64,000 bases of DNA, taken from an uncultured delta proteobacterium (GTDB lineage: Bacteria > Myxococcota_A > Polyangia > Polyangiales > Polyangiaceae). The stretch is taken from the NCBI GenBank assembly GCA_963841435.1, contig CAWJCS010000006.1, forward strand, positions 1,088,001 to 1,152,000, written 5' to 3'. Of this stretch, positions 48,801 through 58,490 are shown piece after piece. Position 1 is the first letter of the stretch; every line of letters begins with the position of its first letter. The notes below the pieces were generated by a model. That model was given only the letters and a program-made list of their open reading frames with translations, was not told the DNA's origin and did no database searches. The position numbers were made by a program, and so were the translations under genes.

Positions 48801-49760
48801 CGCGCACGCACTTTCGCGGGATCTGGTCCGAGACGAGCCATCGCATGCAGGCTTTGCGGGACCACTCGGGTTGCGCGCGCGAGGCGTACGAGCGCGTCCT
48901 CGACGCGCAAGATCCGGGACTGTCGCCACACACGACCTTCGACGCGGCCGCGGATCCGGCGCGTCCCTTCCTCGAGGGAGCGCGAACGCGCCCGCGCGTG
49001 GCGATCTTGCGGGAGCAGGGCGTCAACGGTCAGGTCGAGATGGCGGCAGCGTTCACGCAGGCTGGCTTCGACGCCGTCGACGTGCACATGAGCGATCTCT
49101 TGGGTGGTCGCATCGAGCTCGACGCGTTTCGCGGCCTCGTCGCGTGCGGCGGATTTTCCTACGGCGACGTCTCTGGGCGCTGGGCTCGGCTGGGCGAAAT
49201 CGATCCTCTTGCACGCCCGCGCGCGCGAGGCGCTCGCCGGTTTCTTCGCTCGCGAGGACGCGTTTGCGCTCGGCGTGTGCAACGGCTGCCAAATGCTCGC
49301 CGGCCTCAAGGAGCTCATCCCGGGTGCCGAGCGGTGGCCCGCGTTCGTGCGCAACCAGTCCGAGCAGTTCGAGGGGCGGCTCGTCGGCGTGCGCGTCGAA
49401 CGTTCGCCCTCCATCTTTTTCTCCGGGATGGAGGGCTCGACGCTGCTCGTGCCCGTCGCCCACGGTGAAGGTCGCGCGGAGCTTCTGCCCGAGGACGCCG
49501 AGAGCCTCGCTCGGGACGGCCTCGTCGTGCTCCGTTTCGTCGACGGACGCCGGCAGGTCGCCACGCGCTACCCGGACAATCCGAACGGGTCGCCAGCTGG
49601 CCTCACCGGTCTCACGACGCCCGACGGTCGCGTCACCGTCCTCATGCCGCACCCCGAGCGCGCGTTTCGCATCGTCCAGCACTCGTACCATCCGCGCACC
49701 GAGGGCGACCGCTCGCCGCTCGCCCGGCTGTTCTCGAACGCGCGCGCGTGGGTCGGCTAG
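45875..49760 (+). CDS. purL: Phosphoribosylformylglycinamidine synthase, large type (frameshift ~49172)
   Basis: [50 protein letters not shown]. Confidence 0.95.
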
Positions 49761-49845
49761 CGCAACCACCCGGCATCCGAGCCGCTGTGGGCACCCGCGA
49801 CCTTCGAGCGTTGCGGTAGCAAACGGCATTCGCTATGACGGCTGC

Positions 49846-50542
49846 GTGGAGCACGCGATCACGCATGGCCCGTCGTTCTCCATGCTGCGCGTCGACCTTG
49901 CTCCTGGCGAGAACGTGGTCGGTGAATCGGGCGCCATGGTGGCCCGTCATGACCGCGTCGGCATGCAGGTCGAGCTCAACGCGGGGGCGCGCCCGGGCCT
50001 CTGGTCGTTTCTGAAGGCCTTGTTCGTAGCGTTCTTGCGCCGCGTGATCGGCGGCGAGACGTTCTTCGTCAACCGCTTCAGCGCGCCCCAGGGCGGCTCC
50101 GTGTGGCTCGCGCCGCCGCTCGCGGGGCAGGTCGTGCACCGGCGCCTCGCGGGCGAGCTCCTCGTGCTCTCCGCGGGCGCGTACCTCGCACATCACGGCG
50201 ACGTCGAGCTCGAAATGAAGTTCGGCGGGCTGCGTGGGCTGCTCGCCAAGGAAGGCGCGTTCTTCCTGGCCCTCACGGGCCACGGTGATCTCTGGTACTC
50301 GAGCTACGGGGGCGTCGAGACCATCGACGTGAACGGAAGCTACATCGTTGACAACGGTCACCTCGTCGGATACGAGGGCGACCTCCAATTTTCGATTCCG
50401 CACGCCGGGCGGCGGCTTTTTGGGCTTTGCCGCTTCCGGCGAGGGTCTGGTGTGCGAGTTTAGCGGTCAGGGCAAGGTGCACATCCAGACGCGCAACCTC
50501 GGCGCGCTTTCGAGCTGGCTCGCGCCGCTGCTCCCGGGCTGA
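49846..50542 (+). CDS. TIGR00266/AIM24 family protein (frameshift ~50398)
   Basis: ESGAMV, GGETFF, VDNGH, SGEGLVCEF. Confidence 0.85.
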
Positions 50543-50544
50543 CG

Positions 50545-51219
50545 ATGCAGTTCGACGTCCTTTACCGACCGGCGCACTCGCTCGCGCGAGTGTTGCTCGA
50601 TCCCAACGAGGCCGTGACGGCCGAGGCCGGTGCCATGGTCGGCATGTCGACGGGCGTGCAGATGCAAACCGCCTCGGGCGGCCTCTTGAGCGGCGTGAAG
50701 CGGCTTTTCGGCGGCGAATCGTTCTTCCGCAACACCTTCGTCGCTGGGGGCGGCGCGGGCGAGGTGCTCCTCGCGCACGCGTTGTGCGGCGACATGCGCG
50801 TGCTCGAGATGACCCAGACCGGCTTCTTCCTGCAATCGTCGGCCTTCGTCGCCTCCACCCAGAACGTGCTCGTCGAAAGCAAGCTCGGCGGGTTCCGTGG
50901 CTTCTTCAGTGGCGCCGGGATGTTCGTGCTGCGAGCGACCTCGCCTTCGCCCGGCCTGCTGCTCATCGGGGGCTTCGGCGGCATCGAGGAGCTTCAATGT
51001 GACGGCAGCCTCGTCATCGACACGGGGCACCTCGTCGCGTGGGACGCCTCGCTCGACTACTCCATCGGCAAGAGCGGCAGCGGGTGGATCGCGTCGTTTC
51101 TTTCCGGGGAAGGTCTCGTGTGTCACTTCCGCGGCCGCGGGCGCATCTGGATCCAGTCGCGCAATCCAGCGGAGTACGGCGGGCGCGTCGGCTCACTCTT
51201 GCCCGCGAAGAAAGGCTGA
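50545..51219 (+). CDS. TIGR00266/AIM24 family protein
   Basis: AEAGAMV, GGESFF, IDTGH, SGEGLVC. Confidence 0.9.
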   Translation: MQFDVLYRPAHSLARVLLDPNEAVTAEAGAMVGMSTGVQMQTASGGLLSGVKRLFGGESFFRNTFVAGGGAGEVLLAHALCGDMRVLEMTQTGFFLQSSAFVASTQNVLVESKLGGFRGFFSGAGMFVLRATSPSPGLLLIGGFGGIEELQCDGSLVIDTGHLVAWDASLDYSIGKSGSGWIASFLSGEGLVCHFRGRGRIWIQSRNPAEYGGRVGSLLPAKKG

Positions 51220-51221
51220 GC

Positions 51222-51902
51222 ATGCGCATCGAGCTCAGACAAAAGCCGGACTTTGCCGCCGCGCGCGTCGTATTCGACGCCGCCGGCGAGGCGATCGTCG
51301 CCGAGAGCGCCGCGATGATCGCGCGTGACTCCGGCCTCGACATGCAAACGTCGTTTCAGGGCGGGCTCTTCGCTGCGGCACGCCGCAAGCTGCTCGGCGG
51401 CGAAAGCCTGTTCACGAACACCTTCACGGCGACGGCTCCTCAGCAGACCCTGTGGCTCGCCCCCGCGGCGGAGGGTGACGTCGAGCTCGTTCACATGGAT
51501 CCGAGCTTTGGCATGTTCCTGTCGTCCGGCGCCTTTCTCGCCGCAGCGCCGAGCGTGCGCCTCGACACACGCTTTCAGGGCGCGCGCGGGTTCTTCAGCG
51601 GTGCCGGGCTCTTCCTGTTGTCCGCGCTGGGCACGGGGCCGCTCCTGTTCGGCGCCTATGGCGGCATCCACCCGATCGACGTGGGGCCCGCCGGCTACGT
51701 GTGCGACACGGGGCACGTCGTCGCGTTCACCGCCGGGCTAAGCTACGAGGTCACGCGTGTGGGCGGTCTGAAGAGCCTGTTTTTCTCCGGTGAAGGCCTC
51801 GTTTGCCGCTTCAGCGGGCAGGGGCGGCTCTGGGTCTCCACGCGCAACCCCGGCTCGCTCGTGAGCTTCCTCGAACCGTTTCGCTCGACGCAGTCCGGCT
51901 GA
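51222..51902 (+). CDS. TIGR00266/AIM24 family protein
   Basis: AESAAM, GGESLF, DTGH, SGEGLVC. Confidence 0.9.
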   Translation: MRIELRQKPDFAAARVVFDAAGEAIVAESAAMIARDSGLDMQTSFQGGLFAAARRKLLGGESLFTNTFTATAPQQTLWLAPAAEGDVELVHMDPSFGMFLSSGAFLAAAPSVRLDTRFQGARGFFSGAGLFLLSALGTGPLLFGAYGGIHPIDVGPAGYVCDTGHVVAFTAGLSYEVTRVGGLKSLFFSGEGLVCRFSGQGRLWVSTRNPGSLVSFLEPFRSTQSG

Positions 51903-51937
51903 GCCACCGCTCGCGCGGAGCGACGCTTGGCGAGCGG

Positions 51938-54900
51938 TCAGGGTGTGGGCTCGACCGTCAGCTCGGTGAGCCTGCCGCACTTGAGGACGTAGGCGCGACC
52001 CGGCTCGACGAAGTCGCCGAGCGACCGACCGAGCCGCACGAAGCGGATCCCGCAGGTCGTCACGAGGACCTGGTTCGTCTCACCGTAGTCGGTGCCGTGC
52101 ACGAACACGTGCGCCTGCACGCTCGAGTGCACGAACAGCGCGCCCCGCTCGGCCGGCAACGTGGTGATGTCGAAGGCCGGCACGGGAGTGCTCGGTGCAG
52201 CGGCGGCGGCCGGCGTCGGCTCGGCGCTCGGCGGGGGCGTTGCTTCGGGAGCGACGCCTGCCTCCGGCGCGGCTTCGGGCGGGTCGCCGGGCGTCACCGG
52301 CGCTCCCGCCGACGAGGCGCTCGCAGCGTCGCTCGGCAGTGCTGGGGGCGGCGGCACGAGGTCCGGCAGCGCGGGCGGCGCCGGGAGCGTCGCTTCGGGT
52401 GCGCTCGGCTTGGTCGACACGGCTTTGCCGGAGCCCAGCACGACGACGAGCGCGGCCCCGCCCGCGACCGCGACGACGCCGACGAGGGCGAGCAGCCCCC
52501 GTGAGGCGCTGCGACCCGGAACGCCCGCGGCGCGAAGCTCTCCCGCGTCCGGCTCGCGATCGCTGCTGGTCGCAGCGGGGTTTTCCTCGGGTGCGGTGAA
52601 AAACGGGTCCTCCGTCGCGTCGTCCCGGAAGGGCTCGGGCGCCTGGGGAGGTTCCGGGGCCACCAGAGGCGCGCCGTTCGCTTTCGGCTCGGCACCGGCG
52701 GCTTGCGGCCCGGCGCCGTTCGCCTTCGGCTCGGAGCCGTTCGTGGGGCCGCCCTCCGTCGATCCGCCTTCCGCCGGCACGCCTGCCGCCGGCTCGGCAC
52801 TTCCCGACGCAGCTGCGGGCGGTGCGTTTGCTGGTACGGCGGCCGCGGGCTCTCCCGCGATTGTCGGGCGATCGCCCTCTTCATCCGAATCTTCGGTGGT
52901 CGCCCCCGCGTCCGTGGGGACCTCGGTGGGTGTCGGCGTGGGCGCCGTCTCGGTCGCTGCTGGGGCACCCGAGAAGAGCATGGTTGCCGCAAGCGCTGCG
53001 GGCTTCGCTTTCTCCGGCTTCTCTGCCGACGGTGGCGCCGGCGATGCGGCCTTTTTGCTCGCGTGAAGCTCGGGCTCCGCTGACCGCTGCGTCTGGTCCA
53101 TCCCACCGCCCGGGCGAGGGACCCGCGACTCGCCGGACGGGATCGGCGAGCGACCGAACAGCATCGTGCCGCCTCGCGCGAACCGCGGGGGCTCCGGCCG
53201 AACGCTCACCTGGGTCGCAGCGAGCTTCGTCTGCGCGCCGCCCCCGGGCGCGTCGTCATCCGTTTTGGTGCGGGGCGGCGCGCTCTGGGGTGCTGCGAGC
53301 GCCACGGCTCCGGCCCGTGTGAGCTCGGCCGGCGACGCGCGCACCTCGGTCTTTGCGTCGCTATCCCAGTCCATGGCGGGCGCGGCGGTCGGTGGGGCCG
53401 CAGCGGGCGACGGCAGGGGCAGCACCCGTTCGCTCGACGCCGGGCGCATGGGCGCGGCCTTCCCAGCCGCGGCGCGCGGTTCATTCCCCTTTTCGCGCTG
53501 CGGCGGCGGCGGTGGGCTACCGGCGCTGGCAGGCGGCGCGCCACCGTCGCGTGCCGTCGGCGACGCGTCCGCGCTCTTTTGACCGCGCGCCGACGGTGGT
53601 GCCCCCGCGGCGGGTCGAGGGGGAGCTGTAGCCGCCGGTGGAGCGGTGGCCGCAGCGTCCGTCGCGCCGCTTGGCGGCTTGAGCGCGAACTCGCTCGGTC
53701 GTTCCTCGCGGACGCCCATCGTGTCGGGGTCCATCGTCACGGGCCGGGCGCCGACCTCGGTGAGCGTCTGCTCGTCGAGCGTTGCGGCGAGCAGATCGCC
53801 GACGTTGGTCTCGGCATCGACGGGCAGCGGCGCGACGACGGACTCGATGGTGAGCGTCGCGGGCGGCAGCGCGAGACTCGCCCCCTGGGTTTCCGTCGGT
53901 ACGATCCCGGGCAAGGTGCCCTGCTTCGGTCGAGGCGGGGCGAGGGACCCCTCGGCGCTCGCGCCCGCGATGAGCTCGGTGCAGGCCTCGGACCACAGCG
54001 CGAGCGCGACCTCGGGCCCTTCGAGCTTGATGCTGAAGCCCGGCGGAGCGCTGGCGATCGAGCCGGAACCAAAGGCGAACCGGCGTACGACCTTGCCGAA
54101 GAGGCGCGCGCGCTCGTCCCGGGCGGGCAACCGGAGCTCGACCTCCACGTCGTCCGACTCGCAAGGCAAGAGGCTCCGCACGTAAAGCCCCCCCGGGCTC
54201 GCGTCGTAGCTGAAGCCGTACTCGTCCACGACGTGTCCCGCTGGTCGAAACGCGACCGGCGTCGCGTAAAGGGCGCGCCACTCGCTGCGCCGCGCGCCCT
54301 TGCCGAACACGAGCTCGTTGGCGAGGAAAAGCACGTCCTCGGGAGAGCCCGTCGTGCTCGTCACGGCCACGCGCTCCAGCCCCGAGAGCGTGCTTGCCAG
54401 TCGGTTCACGCTGCGCATCTCGGCCGTCACGATCCACGTCGGCAGCGCCCCCGCGCGCGCCGCCGCGTCGATGATGCGGCGTGGGTCGCCGAGCGCGGCG
54501 CTGATCACGACGAGGCGCGTTTCGGCCTGCGAGGCGTAAAGCTCGACGGCGGCACGATCGACCGCGAATTTCACGTCGTACCCGGCCTGCGACAGCACGC
54601 GGCCTACGAGCGCCCGGCGCTGCGTCGTGGCCTCGGCCACCACGGCCTGGCCGAATCCCGGCGTAGCGTGGCGCTCGGTCGCGGCGAGCGTCTTGAGCCG
54701 ACGCTCGAGCGGCGCCCGCGCCCCGAGCGGGACGAGGTCGTCGGCGCCCCAGGCGAACACGCGCGCGAAGCCGAGCTCGTTCGGCGTTCGCGACATTCCG
54801 ATGACGGGCACCGTGCGGAGCCGTTCTGCGGCCCTGGCGCGCTTGCAGAATTGCTCGGCGCCGAGCGTCGCCATGTCGACGAGCATGGCGAGCGCCCCGC

Positions 54901-55045
54901 CGCGCTCGAGCTCGACGAAGGCGCGCGCGGGCTCGCGAGTCAGGTAAAGCTCGAGCCCCGCGCCCTGCACGGCAGCCTCGAGCGCTCCCTTGAGCTCGCC
55001 CGCCAGGTTGCCGAGGGCAATCACGCGCCGGTCCGCTTCGGACAC
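51938..55045 (-). CDS. Pseudo-receiver + PilZ + long Pro/Ala linker + single-TM protein
   Basis: RRSEWR and DASPGG PilZ motifs; TM 'GLLALVGVVAVAGGAALVVVLG'. Confidence 0.7.
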   Translation of the reverse strand: MSEADRRVIALGNLAGELKGALEAAVQGAGLELYLTREPARAFVELERGGALAMLVDMATLGAEQFCKRARAAERLRTVPVIGMSRTPNELGFARVFAWGADDLVPLGARAPLERRLKTLAATERHATPGFGQAVVAEATTQRRALVGRVLSQAGYDVKFAVDRAAVELYASQAETRLVVISAALGDPRRIIDAAARAGALPTWIVTAEMRSVNRLASTLSGLERVAVTSTTGSPEDVLFLANELVFGKGARRSEWRALYATPVAFRPAGHVVDEYGFSYDASPGGLYVRSLLPCESDDVEVELRLPARDERARLFGKVVRRFAFGSGSIASAPPGFSIKLEGPEVALALWSEACTELIAGASAEGSLAPPRPKQGTLPGIVPTETQGASLALPPATLTIESVVAPLPVDAETNVGDLLAATLDEQTLTEVGARPVTMDPDTMGVREERPSEFALKPPSGATDAAATAPPAATAPPRPAAGAPPSARGQKSADASPTARDGGAPPASAGSPPPPPQREKGNEPRAAAGKAAPMRPASSERVLPLPSPAAAPPTAAPAMDWDSDAKTEVRASPAELTRAGAVALAAPQSAPPRTKTDDDAPGGGAQTKLAATQVSVRPEPPRFARGGTMLFGRSPIPSGESRVPRPGGGMDQTQRSAEPELHASKKAASPAPPSAEKPEKAKPAALAATMLFSGAPAATETAPTPTPTEVPTDAGATTEDSDEEGDRPTIAGEPAAAVPANAPPAAASGSAEPAAGVPAEGGSTEGGPTNGSEPKANGAGPQAAGAEPKANGAPLVAPEPPQAPEPFRDDATEDPFFTAPEENPAATSSDREPDAGELRAAGVPGRSASRGLLALVGVVAVAGGAALVVVLGSGKAVSTKPSAPEATLPAPPALPDLVPPPPALPSDAASASSAGAPVTPGDPPEAAPEAGVAPEATPPPSAEPTPAAAAAPSTPVPAFDITTLPAERGALFVHSSVQAHVFVHGTDYGETNQVLVTTCGIRFVRLGRSLGDFVEPGRAYVLKCGRLTELTVEPTP

Positions 55046-55154
55046 TGGATTAGACTTTAGGAGGTAGAGAAAGGTGGGAGCAACTTACCTCTAGCGCGAC
55101 GGGCGCAATCGGCACGAAACATGCAGGAAGCACGGTCACCCGGAATATCGTCTC

Positions 55155-55712
55155 ATGCTCGATGCCGTTCGTATGACGGAGCGTCCGGCCGCCCGGGCCG
55201 AGCCACTCGAGGGGAAGGCTGCGCGCGTCGAACTGATGGGCGAGCTGCCACTCGGATGGCTTGGGAACCTGGCGTCCGGTCTCTCGCGTCGGGGTGTTTC
55301 GATCGTTCGTGGCTCCGCTGAGCGTCAAGGTCTCGGCTGGAGCGCCGTATTCGAGGTCTTGGGGGAGGAGGGACAAGAGCTTCATCCGAAGGATATCGAC
55401 TATGCTGCACTGGCGCTCGAGGATGCGCCAGAGGGCGCTCAGCCGGTCACACTCGAGAGCTTCGTTTTGACGACTCCGCGGCGCCAGGCCGCAATCGAGC
55501 TCACGGTGCGCGGGCGCGATCGACGAGGATTCCTCGCCGCCCTGCTCGAGCGGCTCGCGTTGCTCGGCCTCTTTCCGGAGCGGATCAGCATCGAGACCGT
55601 CCACGGCTCCGCCGCCGATACGCTGTGGCTCCACGCGCTCGGGGGCGCGGCTCCCACGCCGCGCAGCATCGACTCGCTGCGCGAGTTTTTGCGCAGCGTG
55701 ACCGCGGGCTGA
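55155..55712 (+). CDS. ACT-domain protein (GlnD C-terminal-like)
   Basis: IELTVRGRDRRGFLAAL...ISIET...AADTLWL. Confidence 0.6.
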   Translation: MLDAVRMTERPAARAEPLEGKAARVELMGELPLGWLGNLASGLSRRGVSIVRGSAERQGLGWSAVFEVLGEEGQELHPKDIDYAALALEDAPEGAQPVTLESFVLTTPRRQAAIELTVRGRDRRGFLAALLERLALLGLFPERISIETVHGSAADTLWLHALGGAAPTPRSIDSLREFLRSVTAG

Positions 55713-55734
55713 GCGCCGCACCGGCGCTGGGGAC

Positions 55735-56925
55735 TCACAAGAGCTCGCGAACCACGCCGTCGGCGAACAACCAGGCACTCTGCGGCACGCGCAGCCAGTC
55801 GCCGTCGCGCACGAGTCGCCCGCTCTTCATCAGTCGCTCGGTGGCGCGCTCGCGTTCCGCCGTCCACACCGTGACGCCGAGCTCGCGCGCCGCGCGTCCG
55901 AGGTCGATGCCCTCGGCGAGCCTGAGCCCGAGAAGCAGCCGCTCGGCGAGCGCGGTCTCCGGTCCGATGTGCTCGGCATCGGCCACGAGCTCCGAGACCT
56001 CCCAGAGCGCAGCTCGGCGGCTTGCGTCGAGGTAGCGCTCGATCGCGGGGGCGTTCTTGTACCGCACGCGAGTGCCGCCTCGCACGACGGTGCCGGACGC
56101 GCCCGTGCCGAGGCCGAGGTAAGCGCCGCCGCGCCAGATCGCAAGGTTGTGCTCGGCGACGTCTCCATCGCGCGCGAAGTTGCTGATCTCGTAGTGGGAA
56201 AACCCCGTGCCCTCGAGCGCTCCAGCGACCGTCTCGAACGAGCGCGCCACGAGATCCTCGTCGAGCAACGGCAGGCGACCCGCTCTCGCGAGCGCTCCGA
56301 AGCGCGTGCCTGGCTCGACGGTCAATGCGTAGGCGCTCACGTGCGTCGGACCGAGCTCGGCGACGCGTAGCGCCTCGTCGCGCGCCGCTTCGGGCGATTG
56401 TCCCGCGACGCCGAAGATCAGATCGGCCGACACGCGGCGAAAGCCGGCGCGGAGCGCCACGGCGAGCGCGCCGAGCGCGCCGCCGGCGTCGTGCAGGCGG
56501 TCGAGGAAGCGGAGCCGGTCGGCGTCGAGCCCCTGCACGCCGAGGCTCACGCGGTTGACGCCCGCCCTGAGCAGCGCTTCGGCGCGCCGCTCGTCGAAGC
56601 TCGACGGGTTGCATTCCGCCGTGACCTCGACGTCGCCGCCCGGGAACGCGGCGCGGATGCCGGCGAGCACGCGGCCGAGCTCGCTCGGCTCCCAGAGCGA
56701 CGGCGTGCCCCCGCCGAAGAACACGCTGCCGAGCTTTTGGCGTCCGTCGAGCTCGGGAGCGCGCCGTTCGAGCTCGGCGAGCACGGCGTCGGCGTACGCG
56801 ACGTGCGGAATGCGCTCGCGCTCGGTCGCGAGGCTATAAAAGTCGCAGTAACCGCACTTCTTGAGGCACCACGGGAAGTGGACGTAGACGCCGAGCGCCG
56901 CCGGATCCGCCGTCGCGACCCTCAC
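55735..56925 (-). CDS. hemW: Radical SAM heme chaperone HemW
   Basis: YVHFPWCLKKCGYCDF, FGGGTPS, HYEISNFA, HNLAIW. Confidence 0.9.
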   Translation of the reverse strand: MRVATADPAALGVYVHFPWCLKKCGYCDFYSLATERERIPHVAYADAVLAELERRAPELDGRQKLGSVFFGGGTPSLWEPSELGRVLAGIRAAFPGGDVEVTAECNPSSFDERRAEALLRAGVNRVSLGVQGLDADRLRFLDRLHDAGGALGALAVALRAGFRRVSADLIFGVAGQSPEAARDEALRVAELGPTHVSAYALTVEPGTRFGALARAGRLPLLDEDLVARSFETVAGALEGTGFSHYEISNFARDGDVAEHNLAIWRGGAYLGLGTGASGTVVRGGTRVRYKNAPAIERYLDASRRAALWEVSELVADAEHIGPETALAERLLLGLRLAEGIDLGRAARELGVTVWTAERERATERLMKSGRLVRDGDWLRVPQSAWLFADGVVRELL

Positions 56926-58460
56926 GGCGTTGGGGCAACGGCCTTCGGGCGCCGCGCGAGCTCCGCCTGGTCGCGCCCGAGCGCGTGCCGGAGCTCCGCG
57001 AGCGCGACGCGCGCGTCGACGTGGGCGTCCGCCGTCTGCAGGCGCGCCTGCGTGAGGTTCGCCTCGGCGTCGGTGAGCTCGGTCAGCGTGGCTCGGCCCG
57101 CCCGATAGAGCTCGCGACGCACGCGGTAGCTCTCCTTGGCGGCTTCGAGCCCCTGGTGCGTCACCGTGATGGCGAAGCGCGCTTCCTCTCCGCTGCGGAT
57201 GGCCTGCTCGACCTCGAGGCGCAGCCCGTCGCGGAGCGCCATCGCCTGGGCGTCGAACTCGCGCGCCTTCGCTTCGGCCACGTTGGCCGCGGCTCCGGCC
57301 CCGCCGATGTCCGTCGGAGTCCAGCTCAAAACGACCCCGGCGTCCCAGTTGCCGTGGAACTCGTCCGCGGGCGGGAAGTGCAGCTGGTTCGGGCGGGCGT
57401 AGGTGGCGCCCGCGGAAGCGTCCAGCCGCGGGTAGGCGCGCACCTGCTCGGTGCGAGCCTGATCGCGCAGGGCCTCGCCGAGCGCTCCGAGGCTCTTCAG
57501 CTCGGCGCGGTTCGCGAGCGCCTCGCGGTAGGCCCCCTCGATGGTCGGCAGGTGTAAAAGCTCCGGTGCCTCCTCGAGCACGTCCTCGCCGACCTCGTAG
57601 GTCGCTCCCTCGGCGTCGTGCATCGACACGCGCAGCGCAAGGGTTGCGAGCGCGACGCCGTTGCGCGCGCGCTCGGCGAAGAGCTCGGCGTTCTTCACGC
57701 CCGACTCGGCGCGCATGACGTCGGCTTTCGAGACCAGGCCCGCCTCGAACGCGTTGCCCGCGTCGGTCCGCCGCAGCCGCGCCTGCTCGAGCGCGGCGAG
57801 CGCGATGAGCTCGCGCGCCTGCGCGCGAACCCACTGGTAGTAGGCGACGCGTGCGTCACGGGCGACCGACGCGCGCATCGCGTCCGTTTCGGCCTGCGCT
57901 GCGGAGCGGGAGTGCTGCGCCGCCCGCACCGCGTCCGAGAGCCTGAGGACGTAGTCCGAAAGGGGGACGTTCAGGCGCGCGTTCAGGTTGTAGTTGTTCG
58001 GGATGTCGGGGGCGAACAGCTGAACCTGCGCCGTCTGGGCGGGGGGTGTGCCGGGCGGCAAATGCACGTACCGGTGCGAGAGCCGCGTGTAGCCCGCGCT
58101 CAGCCTGAGCTGCGGCCAGAAGGCGTATTCGGTCTGACTGATGGCCGCTTCGGTGCTCGCGACGGCGTACCGCTTGGCCTCGATCTGAGAGCTGGTGGCG
58201 ACGGCGCGCCGTGCGGCTTCGTCGGCCGTCAGGCCCTGCCCGTTCTGCATCCTCCTGAGGCGCTCCTCGAGCACCTTGAGCACGTCGCTCTCGGGCGGCT
58301 CGGCGTTTGGGGCGGTCTCCGAGGTCGTGGGGGCGGCGGGAGCCGCCGACGCAGCTCCGGGTGGTTTGGCCGGTGGCGGGCTCGGCGCGGCGGTTTGGGC
58401 CAGCGCGTGGCCGGCAAGAAGATAAACAACGACGGCTGAACTCGTAACTACCGAACGCAT
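56922..58460 (-). CDS. TolC-family outer membrane efflux protein
   Basis: Signal peptide, OEP repeats, in RND operon. Confidence 0.88.
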   Translation of the reverse strand: MRSVVTSSAVVVYLLAGHALAQTAAPSPPPAKPPGAASAAPAAPTTSETAPNAEPPESDVLKVLEERLRRMQNGQGLTADEAARRAVATSSQIEAKRYAVASTEAAISQTEYAFWPQLRLSAGYTRLSHRYVHLPPGTPPAQTAQVQLFAPDIPNNYNLNARLNVPLSDYVLRLSDAVRAAQHSRSAAQAETDAMRASVARDARVAYYQWVRAQARELIALAALEQARLRRTDAGNAFEAGLVSKADVMRAESGVKNAELFAERARNGVALATLALRVSMHDAEGATYEVGEDVLEEAPELLHLPTIEGAYREALANRAELKSLGALGEALRDQARTEQVRAYPRLDASAGATYARPNQLHFPPADEFHGNWDAGVVLSWTPTDIGGAGAAANVAEAKAREFDAQAMALRDGLRLEVEQAIRSGEEARFAITVTHQGLEAAKESYRVRRELYRAGRATLTELTDAEANLTQARLQTADAHVDARVALAELRHALGRDQAELARRPKAVAPTP

Positions 58461-58490
58461 GAAAATCCCTTTGCTGACGGGTACCCGGAT

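Noticed and set aside
49160-49190. Programmed frameshift or split purL/purQ
   Set aside because: Break falls inside the conserved GDVLGAG motif with no slippery sequence; likely an error
55735-57834. 699-aa HemW fusion
   Set aside because: Upstream part overlaps tolC in another frame; hemW starts near 56925
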